Positions 10,197 through 20,845 of a DNA stretch of 64,000 bases are shown here, piece after piece. The translations under genes and the position numbers were made by a program. This DNA comes from a virus (taxonomy: Duplodnaviria; Caudoviricetes). Below the pieces are notes generated by a model. That model did not search any database. It was not told the origin of the DNA and saw only the letters and a program-made list of their open reading frames with translations. Position 1 is the first letter of the stretch. Each line of letters starts with the position of its first letter. The stretch spans positions 32,001 through 96,000 of the IMG/VR virus record IMGVR_UViG_2595698832_000001. One strand, given 5' to 3'.

Positions 10197-11219
10197 TTAG
10201 AACCAAAGTCTAAACTCTATTGAATCGAACTCTTCATAAGTAGGTATTGCAAAAGATTTCATCATAGCATCCACAACACTTTTATTAATTATTTTACCTG
10301 TAGCATTTCTTTTTTCAAGTCTATTTAATATCATTGTATATGGTGTTAAAAATACTACTGCTTTCTTATGATAATTTCTAACCAAGCTCGAAGTAGCAAA
10401 TAATCTACGCCTCGATTTAATCGAAGTATTCGTTTTATCTATTAAAATATTTTGATTCTTTTGAAGTGCTCTTAAAAACTTATCATTAAATAAAGAATCG
10501 ATTTCTTTTTGATCAGAATCTGTTAAGTTTCTCCAAATATCTGAATATTCAACTTGATTGTATTTTTTAAAACCGTATCTCATTAAAATATCGTCTCTTG
10601 ATATAGCTGCTTTATCATTCATATAAACATAAGTTGATTTACCAGAACCTGGTAATCCTACTAATACTTCTAAAACTGGTTCATTGGCAACATTAGATCT
10701 ATCATAAGCTTCAATATTTAAATCGGGAAGTTCTTTTGGAACTTCAGTGATTCTACCTAAAGCATCAGCAACTGAAAACTTGGATAATAATTTTAAATCT
10801 CTATAAACATAACGTTTTTTAAGTGTTTCTAAATCGAATTTATAAATGTCGTGATGGGCTACTATTTTAATTATATCTATTATTTCTTGTTTGGTTAGAT
10901 TTAAATCCAAATCGTGTAAAACATCTAATACAAAGAACACACCAGCATTTTCGTGATTTAAAAAATGTATTTTTTCTGGGTTATTTTTAGATGGTGTTCT
11001 AGTTATTATTTTACCAATATCGTGTAAAGCTGCTCCTAATATTAATACTTTATAATCAGGATCATCTTTATATAATTCGTTGACTTTGACCATAACCATT
11101 TCGGTGTGTATACCAACGTTCGGTTCTAAGTGGTATTTGTTTGGTGTATTTTCAGTGCCATTCAAACATCGATATAAAGCATCAATATATTTGTGATTTA
11201 AATCTTTTAAGTTCAACAT
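10197..11219 (-). CDS. HD-domain phosphohydrolase fused to polynucleotide kinase (AAA_33)
   Basis: H..LHDIGK..HE..HHD..D plus GLPGSGKST, SRDD, DKTN. Confidence 0.8.
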   Translation of the reverse strand: MLNLKDLNHKYIDALYRCLNGTENTPNKYHLEPNVGIHTEMVMVKVNELYKDDPDYKVLILGAALHDIGKIITRTPSKNNPEKIHFLNHENAGVFFVLDVLHDLDLNLTKQEIIDIIKIVAHHDIYKFDLETLKKRYVYRDLKLLSKFSVADALGRITEVPKELPDLNIEAYDRSNVANEPVLEVLVGLPGSGKSTYVYMNDKAAISRDDILMRYGFKKYNQVEYSDIWRNLTDSDQKEIDSLFNDKFLRALQKNQNILIDKTNTSIKSRRRLFATSSLVRNYHKKAVVFLTPYTMILNRLEKRNATGKIINKSVVDAMMKSFAIPTYEEFDSIEFRLWF

Positions 11220-11237
11220 TGTTATCTCCTTTTTGTA

Positions 11238-11270
11238 ATTATAATATATTAAAGCTTAAAGTTTTATGAA
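11238..11270. repeat. 33-bp direct repeat, copy 1 (contains minus-strand promoter)
   Basis: ATTATAATATATTAAAGCTTAAAGTTTTATGAA, identical to 13871-13903. Confidence 0.85.
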
Positions 11271-12463
11271 CTTAAATTTAAGTCTAAGTCTAAGTTTAAA
11301 ATATATGTTAGGTTGCCAGCATCGTAAACTTTACTAAATCCATTTTTACTCATTATTACAGATTCTGTTTCACTTTCATTATAATATCTAATTATATCTT
11401 TATCGAATAATTCTTTTAATTTATGTTTTTGGAATTTTTGTCTTGCATATACATTACTTTCATTTATATAATAATAATTTGGATAAGTTTCTCTCATTAA
11501 TTTAAAACCTAGAGTTTCATATATAGATCCTTTGCTGAATCTTCTGTTAGCATAACTAATAACTGAAATCGGCTTATAATCCCTCAAAAACGCCTTAAAT
11601 AACTTCGAGGCACCACCTTGAACAGTTATACCTTGCTTAACACAGAATCTAATTAATTCATACTGATATGCTTTATTAAATCGTGGTTTACTAAAAGTCA
11701 TACAAGCTACCAGATCATAATCCTTATATAAACCATAAGCAATAACTGCATTACAATAACCTTGTAAATGATTAGAATTTAAAAAATCTTTAAGATCTTT
11801 GTTATTAATTTGTTTAACTACACAACTTCTAGCGGGTATTTTTATATTTCCTCGCAATTTATTTTTAATCATAGAAACCCATAAATCTATATTATCACTT
11901 TCAAATATATGAAATACATCTATCCCAAGAGCTTTATATTTTTTAGTAATTTTTAAATTATAATTAGGCCACATCGAATCTAAATTATTAAAACTTATGT
12001 AATTAATACCTAAATTAATGCAAGGTATAAAAATATCTAAATCATTAGATTCTAAAAGTTTAATGTCTATATCCAATGTTTTCAGTTTATTATATAAATC
12101 TTTTATAGCCGAAGTATTTCTTTGTTTGGTTTTGATTTTAGGTTTAGGTTTAGGTTTAGTCTTAACTTCGATTTTAGAATGTTGATTAATAGATTTAGAA
12201 ACCTTTAACCCTATATTCATATTCTTAATTTTAAATTGTTTAATGCATTCAGGGTTATCACAACATTTTTTACGAACTGGTGATTCAAAAACACCTTTGT
12301 GTATTTCACAAATAAAGTGAGTTTTCTTATATTCTTTTAATATATTATAAAGATCTGGATTTAATTTTTTAAGATCACATAAAGTAAACCTTGAATTATA
12401 TAATTGATTATAGAATTCGTCTAAATCTCCATCTTTAAAATTTCTAATATATTCAGCTTTCAA
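11264..12463 (-). CDS. Hef-like putative homing endonuclease
   Basis: DIFIP..IFE..ARSC..NHLQG..ELIRFC..GGASKL..SYANRRFS..YDAG. Confidence 0.7.
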   Translation of the reverse strand: MKAEYIRNFKDGDLDEFYNQLYNSRFTLCDLKKLNPDLYNILKEYKKTHFICEIHKGVFESPVRKKCCDNPECIKQFKIKNMNIGLKVSKSINQHSKIEVKTKPKPKPKIKTKQRNTSAIKDLYNKLKTLDIDIKLLESNDLDIFIPCINLGINYISFNNLDSMWPNYNLKITKKYKALGIDVFHIFESDNIDLWVSMIKNKLRGNIKIPARSCVVKQINNKDLKDFLNSNHLQGYCNAVIAYGLYKDYDLVACMTFSKPRFNKAYQYELIRFCVKQGITVQGGASKLFKAFLRDYKPISVISYANRRFSKGSIYETLGFKLMRETYPNYYYINESNVYARQKFQKHKLKELFDKDIIRYYNESETESVIMSKNGFSKVYDAGNLTYILNLDLDLNLSS

Positions 12464-12475
12464 TTTATTAAACCT

Positions 12476-13865
12476 TTATAAAATTATATGTTTTAAATTT
12501 TCTATGGAATCAGATTCGGATTCCCATATATAAAATACTTTATAACCTAACTTAGCAATAAAATTAAGTCTTTCAAATGTTCTATCATATAATTGTTTTG
12601 ACGTTGCGCCGATAAACAATAATTTAGAATCATTTGAGTAACCGTGCCAGAAATTACCCAGGTATTCAAATACTAGTTTATCACCTGGATCAATATTAAT
12701 TGAATTGATTGTTAATTCTTGGTTAGTTTCAATATAGCCATCAACTTTGTATTTAGTACCAGGTATTAAAAATTGTCTAATTAATTTTAAATTGTAAATA
12801 GATTCCACAAAATCTAAAAATTTTGCTTCACTTTCACCAAACTTTCTAAGTGTTGGGACATCTATATTAAATTTGCTTTTTGAATTAGTAACTGTAGTTC
12901 CGTTTAATCCAAAATACTCTTGAAATTTAATTTTTAAAAAATATCCATTTTCTATAAAATTATTTTTAATAAATTCTTCATTGTAGTCTTTATAATTTTT
13001 TAAATGTTTATGCTTTATATTAAAATTTATATACTCTGGATATAATTCAAATAATAAATCCTCTGGAAAATTTCTAGGTAAGTTTAAATGATCTAAAATA
13101 TATATTAATTTAAATGATTCTTGATACTCTGGACTTTGAAATATCCAATCATATCCATATTTTTCTTTATTAGTAGCTTTAGCTTTAGCTTTAATATCTG
13201 GATTTTGCATAGCGCTTTCATACCCATATTTTTCTTTGTTGGTAGCTTTAGCTTTAGCTTGAATTTCAGGGCATTGCATAGGATTTTCATATCCATATCT
13301 TTCTTTATTAGTAGCTTTGATTCGCTCTCTATGTTCGGGTATTTCAAAAGTGTAATCATACCCATATCTTTCATTATTAGTTTGTCGTCTTTTTAAATCT
13401 ATTGCTTCGTAATCCAAATTGCGATGAGCTTCTTTTATAGCTTCTGTGTTGTTATATTTAGAATCTCCGTATCTTTCTAAATTAGTCTCAGCACGTTTAC
13501 TAACTACTTTGTTATAATAATCAGGATCTTGGGATATTGTGATACGTCTTTTTTCTGCTTCTTTTTTATAATCTCGCTTCTTATTGCCTTCTATAATAGC
13601 TTCTCGTAGTTTTTAGTTTTTTAGATTCGTAAAATTTTAAACATTCTAGTTTATTACAAGGTTCTTTAATAAATTCGAAGCAACATCGACATATTTTGAA
13701 ATTTTTTCTCTTGTAGAGATAATCATCAACAAAATCGAAATTATTAAAACGTAAAACTTTAATTATTTCAGATAAATCTCTCTTTAAAGAGTTTAGGTAT
13801 CTATATATTTCATTGATATCGGTTAACGTTTGTATTTTTTCAGTAATGTAAGATTTTTTAGCCAT
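12476..13865 (-). CDS. Putative homing endonuclease with TNxERYG repeats and C-terminal Vsr-like domain (frameshift near 13580)
   Basis: Repeats KATNKE(R/K)YGY; VDGY..EYLGNFWHG..GYKVFYIWE. The frame of 12476..13417 stays open up to ~13580. Confidence 0.65.
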
Positions 13866-13870
13866 TTATT

Positions 13871-13903
13871 ATTATAATATATTAAAGCTTAAAGTTTTAT
13901 GAA
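13871..13903. repeat. 33-bp direct repeat, copy 2
   Basis: Identical to 11238-11270. Confidence 0.85.
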
Positions 13904-13968
13904 TTTGAGTTTAAAATGAGACCCGATTGTTAAAAAATCGGATCTTTTTTGTAAATTGAACCTTGGGT

Positions 13969-14391
13969 TTAGCTTACAACAACGCTAAAGTCGTTTGCAC
14001 CTACATTAATGAACCGCAAATGAATGAACTCTGCAACATAAGTCGGCTTAATATATACGTCTATGACGAGTTGGTTCGCGGCGATTACACTTGCTGGATT
14101 GTTTGATGTATCACATATCACAAGGTAATCTTGTATACCCCGACCAGCTTTTACTTGAGCCAAGAAAGGTTTGATAATACTTACAAGGTAATTTCTTGTA
14201 AAACTATCATTGAACTCAAATAGACTATACTTCGACATACGCCCTAAAGATCTTTCCAAATGGTTAAACAAGCTAACAACGTTTACACGATCGAAGCTTG
14301 AAGCTTTAGTTTGTAATGTTTTTTGACCCCAAAGAACAGCACCAGTGTTTGGAAACATAACTACTGGATTTATACCATTCTTGTAAAGTAT
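13969..14391 (-). CDS. gp18: Tail sheath protein part B, exon 2
   Basis: ILYKNGINPV..LWGQKTL..FDRVNV..FEFND..IKP...EFI, the canonical sheath C-terminus. Confidence 0.9.
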   Translation of the reverse strand: MLYKNGINPVVMFPNTGAVLWGQKTLQTKASSFDRVNVVSLFNHLERSLGRMSKYSLFEFNDSFTRNYLVSIIKPFLAQVKAGRGIQDYLVICDTSNNPASVIAANQLVIDVYIKPTYVAEFIHLRFINVGANDFSVVVS

Positions 14392-16024
14392 CATTGTGTT
14401 CAACATCGTTCGCTACGCGATGTCCGTTCGAAGTAATGGTAAACAACGAACTGCTTTAACTTTCGTTAAAGATCAGACTATATCTTGCTCATATCATAAT
14501 GACTTAGAGCGCCCCATTTCGAATTCGCTTGAATTCTACTCTACTTGGTGTCTATAAGACCCTTTCGATAGTCGTTGAACGTTCTCTTTTAAAAAAAGAG
14601 CTTCGCTGCTGATTAGCATATTGTAAAGTGATTAAAAGTTTCGGAGTTTTAATCACAAAATGCAAAGTAGAATCTTTTTTAAATAGATTCAATTTATTTA
14701 TTTGTTCTACATAAAATTGAATCTTTTAAACAAATTCAATTTATTTATTTTGTATTATATAATTATAGATATCATCTATTTCGATATCACACCTTCTATT
14801 TTTACTTATATTTTCAACTGCTGGTATAAATCTTAAATTTGATATGTTACCTATTAAATAAGCGGGTATATTATTGATAAATCCCATTTTTATAGAGTAT
14901 ATATGATCTAAATGATACCCATTGTTTTTCAGAGTTCCTCTTTTATCATAATTTTCTAAAGATTTTAAATCGTTTTTATTAGTATATCGCCAGACAACGC
15001 GTCTATAGTACTCGAAATCAGGTAAATCTTCGGGTTTAGGCCAAACACCACTTTCTTGCATTTTAATTCTGTGTCTATCATAGAAATTTAAACCATTTTC
15101 ATCTTTTTCGAGATTTTGTATTTGCATCCTATCATAGAAATTTAAACCATTTTCATCTTTTTCTAATTTTTTTAAATGCACAAATTGATAATGGTCAACA
15201 ATTTCACCGTTGTATTCAATCTTTTTATTTTTCATAGTTTTTGCAGCTTTGATAGCGGCATTTTTAATAATTTCTGGATTATTCTTATAAGTTTCATTTC
15301 TTTTAATAATAGCTAATTTAAAGACTTCTTTATGTTCCTGATATGCTTTCTTAGCTATATTGCTTAGATCTTCGTGTGTATATTTTTTACGCTTGGTTTC
15401 TTTGGCTTTGTTTATAGCTTGCTGTTTTTCTTCTGGTGATTTATTTTTAAAAGTTTCTTTAACTTTTTCACTCTGTGATTTTGCTAATACATTGGACATC
15501 GTTGAGTTCGCGTGTCTGCTTGAACATCCATTAGAAAACCCTTCTCTGAGATTTCTAAATCTTTTCTTATTTCCGCAAGTAGGACAAACTAAATCAATAG
15601 GCTTTAAATCTTCTATTATATAATAAACTCGTTCTAATATGCAAGCGTTATAATCGTCTAAGAATTCAGTATTTTTATATATTTCTTCTTTTAATTCTTT
15701 GATAAATTTACTATTACGAGTAAAATTTTCACAGTTTGGATATTTTTCTTTAAATTTTTTAATTTCTTTTAATAATTTATATCTAATAGATATATCATAA
15801 GAATAATTTAAATTTAATTTAGTAGAACATTTTAATTTAGGTGTTTCTACAAATATGATCAAATGAGGAAGCTCCGACCTTTCCTCATTTAAAGTTAATT
15901 TTTGCATTTTATTCCTTTGGAAATATTACAACTTAGCCTTCCAGCAATTAAAGGCTTTTTTCAAGTTACGTTTCCGTAACCGGTGACATACATACTTTTA
16001 TTATATTAAAAGCATTTTGTTGCT
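14392..16024 (-). ncRNA. Group I intron (1633 nt) in the tail sheath gene, carrying an HNH gene
   Basis: Core elements P AATTGCTGGAA (~15940), Q AATCAGCAG, R GTTCAACGACTA, S AAGATATAGTC; exon ends in U and intron ends in G; splicing restores AMRD|ILYKNGINP in frame. Confidence 0.88.
14741..15907 (-). CDS. Intron-encoded HNH homing endonuclease
   Basis: C-terminal YHLDHIYS..NL..EN.SK; CPTC zinc ribbon; duplicated LEKDENGLNFYDR. Confidence 0.8.
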   Translation of the reverse strand: MQKLTLNEERSELPHLIIFVETPKLKCSTKLNLNYSYDISIRYKLLKEIKKFKEKYPNCENFTRNSKFIKELKEEIYKNTEFLDDYNACILERVYYIIEDLKPIDLVCPTCGNKKRFRNLREGFSNGCSSRHANSTMSNVLAKSQSEKVKETFKNKSPEEKQQAINKAKETKRKKYTHEDLSNIAKKAYQEHKEVFKLAIIKRNETYKNNPEIIKNAAIKAAKTMKNKKIEYNGEIVDHYQFVHLKKLEKDENGLNFYDRMQIQNLEKDENGLNFYDRHRIKMQESGVWPKPEDLPDFEYYRRVVWRYTNKNDLKSLENYDKRGTLKNNGYHLDHIYSIKMGFINNIPAYLIGNISNLRFIPAVENISKNRRCDIEIDDIYNYIIQNK

Positions 16025-17339
16025 ATCACGCATCGCACCAGTTGGGCTATATGCCAACGCCTCGCAGTTTTTAATGAGACCTCTGTTAAGACCAGCAGCT
16101 GCATACCAGTTAGCTTGGTTATAATTTGTTTGGGCTTTAAGACCTGCAATATCTGCAGCTAAGTTCAGCCATCTATAACCACCAAGCTCAGCACAGTATT
16201 GATATTTGTAATTGCTACACAAAGTTACATATTTAGAATCTATATTTAAAGATTTTCTAAAATCAAGCGTTTTTTGATTAGCAATTGTAGATTTATAGCC
16301 CACTGAACAACTTTTTGGTGCACCCATAAATGCTATACAGTCACCACGAGTAATCGCAATATCAGTAGCTGCTTTTGGATAAGTTTCGTTACAAATTAAG
16401 ATATCAACATCGATTTCTTCTTTGTTGTCGAAAATTGTATAAGCGTCTATAATATCGTCAATACCTGGAGCTGAATCCATACCATTTTCAAGTTTAAGTA
16501 AATCTTCACCTAAACAAGTTTTTGGTTTACCTTGAACTGCTTCATTTACAGAAACTAAGATATAGCTTGACTTGCCATTAATCATTGTTTCTATATAAGT
16601 AAATTCATTTTTCTCATTTTTATCAGTTAAGCCTAAGCTTACAATAAATGATTCTTGAATTTCGTTTGCGTAGATAACAATAACAGCAAATTGATCACCA
16701 TAAGGAATATAATCAAATTGAGAATCTAATGGTATACCATCAGTGATATATTTTCCTTTGTTGAAATCATCAGGGTGTGCGATTGCGACGTCAATTTTAT
16801 TACCCCACTCTCCCGGTGTTTTAGCAAATATTTTTAATTTTGCATCTTTATAAACAAAATGGTTTAGATAATTTATCTTCATCAAATGTATTGAAGTTAC
16901 TAATGGTATGATCATAAAGTTCATATTCTGACGCATCGTATTTGGTTTCAGAACCTTCTACAGGAACTTCAACACAAGACGATTTAGTAGCCTTAACTAA
17001 ATAAACTGGAAAACCTTTAGTTGCTTCAACAATAGCTTCAGAATCCTCAGTTCCTTCATAAGTAATATTTGTGAAAGCTTCACCATTGACTATACTGTCA
17101 GAGATTGCTAAGATTCTGAATCTTGGATCAGTTAAAACATCAGAAAATGCTATAATATCTCCGCGTTTTAATTCAGTGTTAGCACCTCTAAGACTTAAAA
17201 TATAATTAGAATCTGGTTGAGATTCACCTTCCATTAAGTATACTGAAGTGTCTGCATTTAGTTCACCTGGTTCTTTGTCTAAAGTAACAATAGTTACTTC
17301 TTGAGTTATAAACTCTGGTATATCGTAGATATCTGCCAT
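16025..17339 (-). CDS. gp18: Tail sheath protein part B, exon 1 (frameshift near 16860)
   Basis: AKTPGEWGN, RGDCIAF, NWYAAAGLNRG; ATG 17339 with AAGGA RBS. Confidence 0.82.
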
Positions 17340-19211
17340 TTATTGTCCTTTCCTAGCTTTAGATTTTTGGATAGCTCTACCACTTGGATCTGTATCTTCG
17401 GCTGTTACGTTGATAGTAAATTTCTTTTTCTAGCATCTGGGTAACAATCTTTTTTACAAATAAATTTAACTGTTCCAGTTCCTTGTGTTAAAGGTTTAAT
17501 ATTATATTCTAAATCATTTATTGTGGTAATCTCAGCGGCTAAGCCATCAGAGCTTTCGACATTGATTGCGACAGAATCTAACGCATAAACGTCTAATGGA
17601 TTTAAAGTAACTGTAGTGATTTGATTTACTTTTGAAATAATTTCAGTTGGGTTAACTTCGACGTTTGGAGCTGTAGTAGAGTTAACAGCAACAGGGACTT
17701 TTTTTAGTAAATGTTTTAAATCCTTCTTTTTTAACAATTACTTCTACATAAGTTCTTCCTGGGAATTTTGGACTGACTGTTATAATTTTAGTATTTGATT
17801 TTAATACAGCAACTTGAAAATTACCAGATCTTGCTGTTACAGTAGCTTCCTCAGGTGCAGTCACTGTAATTGTTTGATCTTCACCACCTTTATCAAAACT
17901 GAGAGATTCTTTGTTGATAATTATGTCGGAAATTTCAGGCAAATCTTCAATTGTTACTGATATTTGACTTGAAAAATCTTTATGACCTTCTTTTGAAACT
18001 GTTACATTAACTGTAGTGTTTCCCGCAGCTACTGGAGTAATTTTTAAAATATTGTCACTAACTTCCAAAGTTGCAACTTCACTATCTTGTATAGTAGCTT
18101 TAAGTGTAGCAGATTCTGGTAATGTAGCAGTTACTGTTTGAACACCTTGATTAATTTTAGCTGTAACTGATTCTGGGCTAAAAGATACTCCAGTAATTTC
18201 TGGTAAGTCAACTGCTTCAGTAACGGTTACGGTTATAGTTTTAGTAACTTCAGTTTTTCCTTGAGCTTGAGCTGTGATTTCAATTGTAGTGGAACCCACT
18301 CTTACACCATTTACAGTTTTCTTATCACTTTCAATACTTGCAATACCTAAGTTTTTAGAAACAATTGTATAATCACTAGCATCAGTGTCGATATTTAACA
18401 CACCTTGCTCGCCTTGAATTATATTTAATTGTTCTGGAGAAACAATCAATTTTGTTTGTTCTTTTTCTTGAACGTCGAATTTTAATTCAAATGAATTAGT
18501 TCTCGAACCTTCTTTGGTAGCTTTAAAAGTCACAATAGCAGTCCCTACTTTTAATGCAGTTAAAGATTTATTAGATTTGTTAACAAGAACCACATCAGGT
18601 CTATCTGTTTCTACAGTATAAGATTCTGCATCGGTTGTTATTACGTAGCTAACAACTTCATCAACATAAGCACTTACTTGGCTTGGGTCCACTACTAATT
18701 GGGTTAATGGTTGATAATCTGGATTTGGTATTTGCTTAACTTCATTTCTAACATATTTAATTTTATATTCTTTATTAGAATCGTTGAATTTAAGAACTTG
18801 TCCAACTTCGAATTTATCAGTTTTTTCGAATTTAACGTCTACAGAGTCAACTTCGATAACTTTAACACCTTCGATTTTACTAGCGTTAACATTTGTTTTA
18901 TATGCATTTTCTTCAAATTGTAAGCCATCTAATTGTGTGGGTGTACCATTGATGTCTGCTGCACGAGAAACATAAATTGCACCACTGTAAGCTAAGAAAT
19001 TTTGAACTTGATAATAATCATTATAATTCTTTGTATTAGGCATACCGTAATTATCTCTGAGTTCTTGAACACTTGAGATTAAAGTATGTACACCAACTGG
19101 TCCTTTCTCAAAATCACCACCAAAAACGGCAGCAGAGTCACCTTCAACAGGCGTAATTTGAGATTGGTCTACTTCGGAAACCTGGATACCAGGGCTAAGT
19201 AAATTTGCCAT
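17340..19211 (-). CDS. gp18: Tail sheath protein part A: sheath N-terminal domain plus tandem Ig-like domains (frameshifts near 17700 and 17430)
   Basis: MANLLSPGIQVSEVD..FEKGPVG..FLAYSG..YVSRA, then repeats such as GTAIVTFKA, GSTTIEITA, GNTTVNVTV. Confidence 0.8.
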
Positions 19212-19403
19212 TTTAATCCTTTTAATATGATTTGATATTACAAAAAGTCTCTCGAACTGCATCAAGCTTCGTTGTTGAGCTCTTAAACCAATTTCGATGC
19301 CTTTAGGCTAAAACGACTAAAGTATATTGGAATCTTATTATTTATTTAAGGATTTAAAAATTAAATTTTAAGAGTTTTTTCAGTTTATGTATTAAAAAAT
19401 TAG

Positions 19404-19426
19404 ATTGGGGATTTAACATCCCCAAA
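19404..19426 (-). terminator. Rho-independent terminator after major capsid gene
   Basis: TTGGGGAT-TTAAC-ATCCCCAA stem-loop with a T-run on the minus strand. Confidence 0.7.
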
Positions 19427-19438
19427 TTATTGAAGCAA

Positions 19439-20774
19439 TTAAGCTAAAATAGTTCCTGTTAAATCTACACCGAATGTTCTTGCGTAATTTTCTGGTTCAA
19501 GTGGATTAGTAGCTAAGCCATATCTTGTTCTTGCAATCATACCTGGTTGTCCTGATTCTTGATTCATTACTTTTTGGAAGCTTAATGGTACATATGGGCA
19601 GAAGAATCCGAGACTATCTTGAGCGGTTGTACCCTTATAAAGAACAGTGATATAATCAGATTTAGCATATTGATCAACAATTACATTATATCTACCATCA
19701 TAAGTCCCTACATTACCAGTAAATACATCAGTAGCTATATTACTTGAACTAGAAGCAAATTTAAATGTACCGATTTGATCTAACATAGTAGCAACTTTTG
19801 GAGATACAAGCAATGTATTACCTGAACCACGTCTTGTCATTAACCCGATGTTTCTTGCTTCTAAATCTATTTTGATAGCATTACATCTATATCTTTCAAT
19901 TTCCCATCTACCAGCTTCTTTGTGTTCAGCACCTGGACTTAAAGTATCAGCGACAACGGTAGCTGTATTGTTTACGAAATTGATAATCTCACGATCTATT
20001 TCAGTTTGCATTTCAGCAGCAATAAGATTAGCTAAATGTTCATCTGCAAGTACACCGTGTTGATTTTTTAAATCTTCATACATTTCTAAAGTATATTCAG
20101 CTTTAAGTTTTCTTGTTTTTGCTTCAACAGTATCTTTTTCAATTCCAAAACCTACAGTGTTCATATCTTCAGCAAGTTTTTCACCATCAGCTGTACTATA
20201 TGGTCCTGAATAAGTTTCTAAGATTTTATGGAAAGTAGCTTCGTTAGAATAAACGTTAACGATTTTAGTTCCTTTATCAGCAGCTTCGTTTTGGAATTTG
20301 TTACCATTAGTTAACTGAACTAAAGCAGTTTTACCATCTTTTTCAACGTGTATAATTTTACCTGTTGCGCTTGAAGTTGTACCTGTAACAGTATCACCTT
20401 TATTCACATTATCTTGAAATACAAGAATTTGAGCTTTAGAAACTGGAGATATAGCACCGTCTTTTTTATTACCTGTATATCTATTGACTAATGCATAAAT
20501 GTAACCTGTAGGCATTGTTAAAGGTTGAATACCTAAAAGTTGATTAGCAACTAATGCTGGGTAAACCCTTCTTACAATTGGCATTAAGATTGGTGTAAAT
20601 TGAGCGATATCACTAGAGATAACACTTTCACCTACAAGTGCACCTTGAGATGCTAAAGCAGTGTTGCTGAGCAATGTACTCATCAATACAGCTTCACTTT
20701 CATTTAAAGCAGCATATTTTGAATCTTTAATATAAGACTCTACTTTTTCATTAAGACTTACATTTTTATCCTAT
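19439..20774 (-). CDS. gp23: Major capsid protein (gp23); start codon near 20774 appears damaged
   Basis: VRRVYP..GIQPLTMPTG, TRKLKAEYTLE..DLK..HG, EIDREII, FFCPYVPL, TRYGL. Frame is open upstream of 20686. Confidence 0.95.
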
Positions 20775-20845
20775 TGTTTTTAACCTTTTAATTTTTTATA
20801 TTATTTATTTTTTAACTGAATTTTAACTGAGCTTGTTATTTGAAC

